From Azolla caroliniana (Eukaryota > Plantae > Polypodiophyta): DNA of 64,000 nucleotides. Within the stretch, counting starts at the first letter, position 1. Every line of letters starts with the position of its first letter. Both the position numbers and the translations under genes were made by a program. Shown here in pieces: positions 60,301 to 64,000 of the stretch. The notes below the pieces were generated by a model. The model was not told where the DNA came from. It did no database searches and was given only the letters and a program-made list of their open reading frames with translations. The stretch covers positions 4,650,001 through 4,714,000 of the forward strand of contig JBHGNT010000007.1 of assembly GCA_043228905.1 (NCBI GenBank), in the 5' to 3' direction.

Positions 60301-62471
60301 GAGTACTCGCTGATGAGTTTGGTAGAGTGAAAGCTCTTTGGGGTAGTTTTTCAACTCAGGTAGACTCTCAGACCGAGTTAGAAGCTGTTAATTGTGGTAG
60401 TTCTATCTCTATGCAGTATTCTCATTGCGGTTACTTCACTCAAATTTATATCAGGTGAAGTACGGCAATTCCCCAGCTGAAGACCACCAATTTATTCGTG
60501 GCATCCCTGTTTATGCAATATGTGAGGTTGTTGATAAGATTGTAAAGGGTAACACAGGTCCTCCTTTGCTTATAAATGGCATTAAGAGGAACATGCCCAC
60601 TGTTCGGATTCTTGAAGCCGAGTTATTTCCGACCCTTCTCTCAAAGGCGCGAAGCTTTGGTCTGAGCAACAAATGGGTTCTTGTATGTTCTTTCAATTAT
60701 CTGTGTCTTATCTTTATTTAATTCTTTGGTCTTCATCTAAGAATAGAGTGCCCTATGGTAAAGAGAGCTTTTCATTACATGTTTCTTATTAATGGAAATC
60801 TAATTAGGGCATTTTGTGCTTTCGTATTCTGTATTTAGTCCAATTTGTGTAATTTTTTCTGATTGTTAATCACAGGATTTGGCTAAGAAGGATCCTGTTC
60901 GAAGACAAGTTTTGCGAGTAAAAGGGTGCTTAGCTGGTTCTAGGGCAGAAAAAGATTTGGAACAAGGGGACATGCTGTTAGCTATTAATGGGGAGCCTAT
61001 TACCTGCTTCAAAGATATTGAGAATGCATGTAATAATATCCTAGACACTAGTGACATGGAGGGAAAGCTAAAAATGACAGTTTTTCGTCAGGTAACTTCA
61101 GGCATTAAGATTGGGAGATTCTCATACATCTTACTAGGACCTAAAATTGCTATGACTTGTTCCATAAATGTAGGGTGTAGAATTAGAAGTTCTTGTTGGA
61201 ACTGATGTAAGAGATGGATTTGGCACATCACGTATGATTAGCTGGTGTGGAGGTATCCTTCAAGATTCTCATCGAGCTGTTCGTGCTATGGGCTTCCTGC
61301 CTGAAGAAGGGCACGGGGTTTATATTGCAAGGTATATGGTTTATCATAATAACTCAGGATTAGATTATTTGCGTCACACATGCACATTTTCATATTATTT
61401 GTTCATTTTTAGGTGGTCCCATGGAAGTCCTGCTCACAGATATGGTCTCTATGCGCTACAGTGGATTGTTGAAATTAATGGGACGCCTGTACCTGATTTG
61501 GAAGCTTTCCTGGAAGTGACAAAGGTATGCTCATTTATTCTGTCCACAAAAATGAAACAATTTTCCTTTGCATCAAACTGGATGGTCCACTTAGCCGATT
61601 GACCCTACATCTACAAGGTATGATATTGAGTCTTTGGCTGTTACCATCATTAATTGCAAGGATGACAGGGCAGGATGGGGACACTTCAGGATATGGTTGA
61701 CAGAAAGGTTGGGGATTTGAATATTAATTGATTAAAGTTGGATGACATGTGTGCTCCATTTAGAAACTTGCCATGCATGCACACAGTTCTGTGGCAGGCT
61801 CGTGAGTTGAGAGCTCAATATCATTAGGTGGATAATGACACACAATATAGTTTATCAATTATCATAGAAAGATGATAGCTTGGGTTGAAAAGGCATGTGC
61901 AAAATAGAAGAATTTTATCGTTACATGGATATTCAAATACGAATGAAAAGGAAATATAATTTTACATATCGAACAAAAAAGTAAGTATTTTGGAATGAAA
62001 ATGTAAAATTTATTATTTACTGGATTGAAACACAATTAGAAATCACTATGCGACATGAACAGGCTTACGCATTGCAATTATGTTCGAGGTCATGAATATA
62101 TTTCTTTTATTGTAGTGTATAATGAGATCATCTCTCTTTTGTAAATCTTAATTATAACGTTTCTTTCTCAGGAATTTGATACTGCCAAGGTCGCAATTGT
62201 TTATTATCTATGCATAGCTGAAGTTGTTGCTTTCAAATTTATACTTTGTTTAATTCCTTTGCTTACTGGTATTCTATCGTCATGTGTAATCTAACAGGAG
62301 CTTGAGCATGGTACATTTGTACGCGTTAAGACAGTCTACTTGAATGGGAAACCGCGAGTTCTTACAATGAAGCAAGACTTGCATTATTGGCCTACATGGG
62401 AACTACACTTTGATCCACTCACTGCAATTTGGCAGCGCACAGTGATAAAGTCATATGATAAGTCATTGTGA
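48400..62471 (+). CDS. DEG7: Protease Do-like 7 (DEG7; Nma111/Ynm3-type HtrA serine protease with duplicated protease-PDZ-PDZ architecture), multi-exon
   Basis: [23 protein letters not shown] (His), YRDPVHDFGFF (Asp), [45 protein letters not shown] (Ser), [66 protein letters not shown] and [15 protein letters not shown]; stop TGA at 62469-62471. Confidence 0.95.
53641..53751. repeat. Tandem duplication of about 47 bp in a DEG7 intron
   Basis: AGACTGA.AAAGCTCATTGAAA.CAT.TGTTTCACAACCAGACCTT occurs at 53641 and 53706. Confidence 0.85.
55235..55620. mobile_element. Non-autonomous element built of AACCG/CGGTT motifs in a DEG7 intron
   Basis: Dense AAACCG(AACC)/CGGTT(CGGTT) motifs in both orientations flank an AT-rich core, typical of plant non-autonomous DNA elements. 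The superfamily and TSD were not resolved. Confidence 0.6.
56827..57088. repeat. Tandem duplication of about 125 bp in a DEG7 intron
   Basis: AACCTGGATTATAT..CATTTACTGTTGCCAACCTATTG...AATCAAAATGTGTA occurs at 56827 and 56964. Confidence 0.9.
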
Positions 62472-63831
62472 TGTGCTGTATCTCAGTGTATTATTCTTCA
62501 GAGATTGGGTTACTGCCCTTGAATAACCATTCTTTTATGAAATACATATTTCATATTATATGAATAACATAATAAGAAAAACTTTTCATGCTATAATTGT
62601 TTTTTCGAATTCCAATTCTTCTCTAAAATTATGAATGGAGGACCCTTGGGGCCTTGATTATGTGAAATGATTGACAAAGTATATGCTTCTCAAGAAGTTG
62701 TCATGTATTTTACATACTCACTCTCATAATAATATTCACATTTTTATATCTTATTTGAATGTTTATTCATTATTGGTCGCGTTTCATATTTTACTCTTCA
62801 CCCTACATTGTAGCCCTGTTGAATATATATTAACCATAATGACAAGTGTGTATCAGTTCCCATCATTAGTTTTGGTGAAAGACGTGATGTTTTCAATTGA
62901 TGTTTTCCATCATCTCCTAAGAAACTGAGTTTTTGCGAGTTACCCTACATCAATTATTCTCTTAAATGTTAGTGTCAGATGGGGAGCACTTTTACTACCA
63001 CATCCTTAGAAAGGGACCAAAAAATCCAGTTGCCTGCTGTTTTTATCTTCATTGCCAAACCCATCATGACATTTTTAAAGTTACAACTAATGAGACGTGA
63101 TTCACCAATACATAAGATTATGCATGGATAAAACATATCAATAGATATTAACTATTGTGACAATCAATAAGCAACTTCCAGTTGTCATTGCCAATGGGAT
63201 AGAGCTAGAACATCATTATTGCAAGAAATACAAAAAGAAGGCATATGGTGCACTTGACAATGGATGAGAAACTGAAGCGTTACAATAAATGGCAAAATCT
63301 TCATGCAAGAGATGACAGGAGACACTGAAAATAAGAATTCACTATTTAATTATAAACACTGGGACAACTAAGAGTGAATATGTAATACGTTCTGCAATTC
63401 TGAATTCTCACACAAGGATGGTATACCAGTTATACCAGATAACCAAGTAACCAGTAATCCCCACAAACTGAATTATTTGAAAACATACCCCATGTTCTTC
63501 TCTCACTTTAAATTTGATATACTCTCAATATCTTTTGGTTTTCTGCTCATCTTAGCTATATGGAGTCCAAGTTCTGCAAGCACTTAGTTATTACTGAAAT
63601 GTATAATTCACTTTCAAATATGCACTTTAAAAGCGGAAGATGCCATCACCTGATGCACAATGCTTACCTTCATTATCTAGAATACATCCATCATACATTG
63701 GACCAACGAGTTGTCTAAATTCTCTTAGTTCAATTCATCAATTGAATTTCATAAATATGCCTTATCTTCAACTTATGTTGCATGAGGAAATTATATCAAC
63801 AAGAAATGGCTTTCATATAGAGGGCTTCAAT

Positions 63832-63974
63832 TAACCTTGTATGGCCCTTAGCTTCTACTTACTAAGGGCCATACAAGGTTATAGAAGCAAGCATGTTTAA
63901 AGTACTAATTGGGGCTCACAAACATGTTTGAAGTAATAGAAATTAGTGATGAATATTTGTGAGCCCCAATTAGT
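63832..63974. repeat. Two adjacent short inverted repeats (hairpins)
   Basis: A perfect 20-bp stem at 63832-63851/63862-63881, and a 22-bp stem with 1 mismatch at 63904-63925/63953-63974. Confidence 0.9.
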
Positions 63975-64000
63975 TAAGGGATAACATGATAAATCTTTTT

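Overview
AT-rich land-plant nuclear DNA with GT-AG introns and many microsatellites. A fern or other seed-free vascular plant is my inference, from the PLS-PPR style and the divergent HD-ZIP III. It has four apparently intact genes: a class III HD-ZIP transcription factor (968-7879, +, about 18 exons), a DUF246/GT106 O-fucosyltransferase-family gene (9728-14725, -), an intronless GC-rich GH17 beta-1,3-glucanase with a Ser/Pro stalk (29045-30511, -) and DEG7 protease (48400-62471, +). It also has a broken PLS-class PPR gene, a CRF-domain ORF lacking the AP2 domain, a nearly intact 5'-truncated RTEX-like LINE in a (TC)n microsatellite with two decayed copies, a Mutator-type MITE with a 9-bp TSD, tRNA-derived SINE-like pieces and many local duplications. 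The most notable items are the AP2-less CRF ORF, a position-2 mismatch in the HD-ZIP III miR165/166 site, apparent microsatellite targeting by the LINE, candidate uORF or leader-intron switches, and twin 20-22 bp hairpins at the window end. All calls come from reading motifs by eye; no searches were run.
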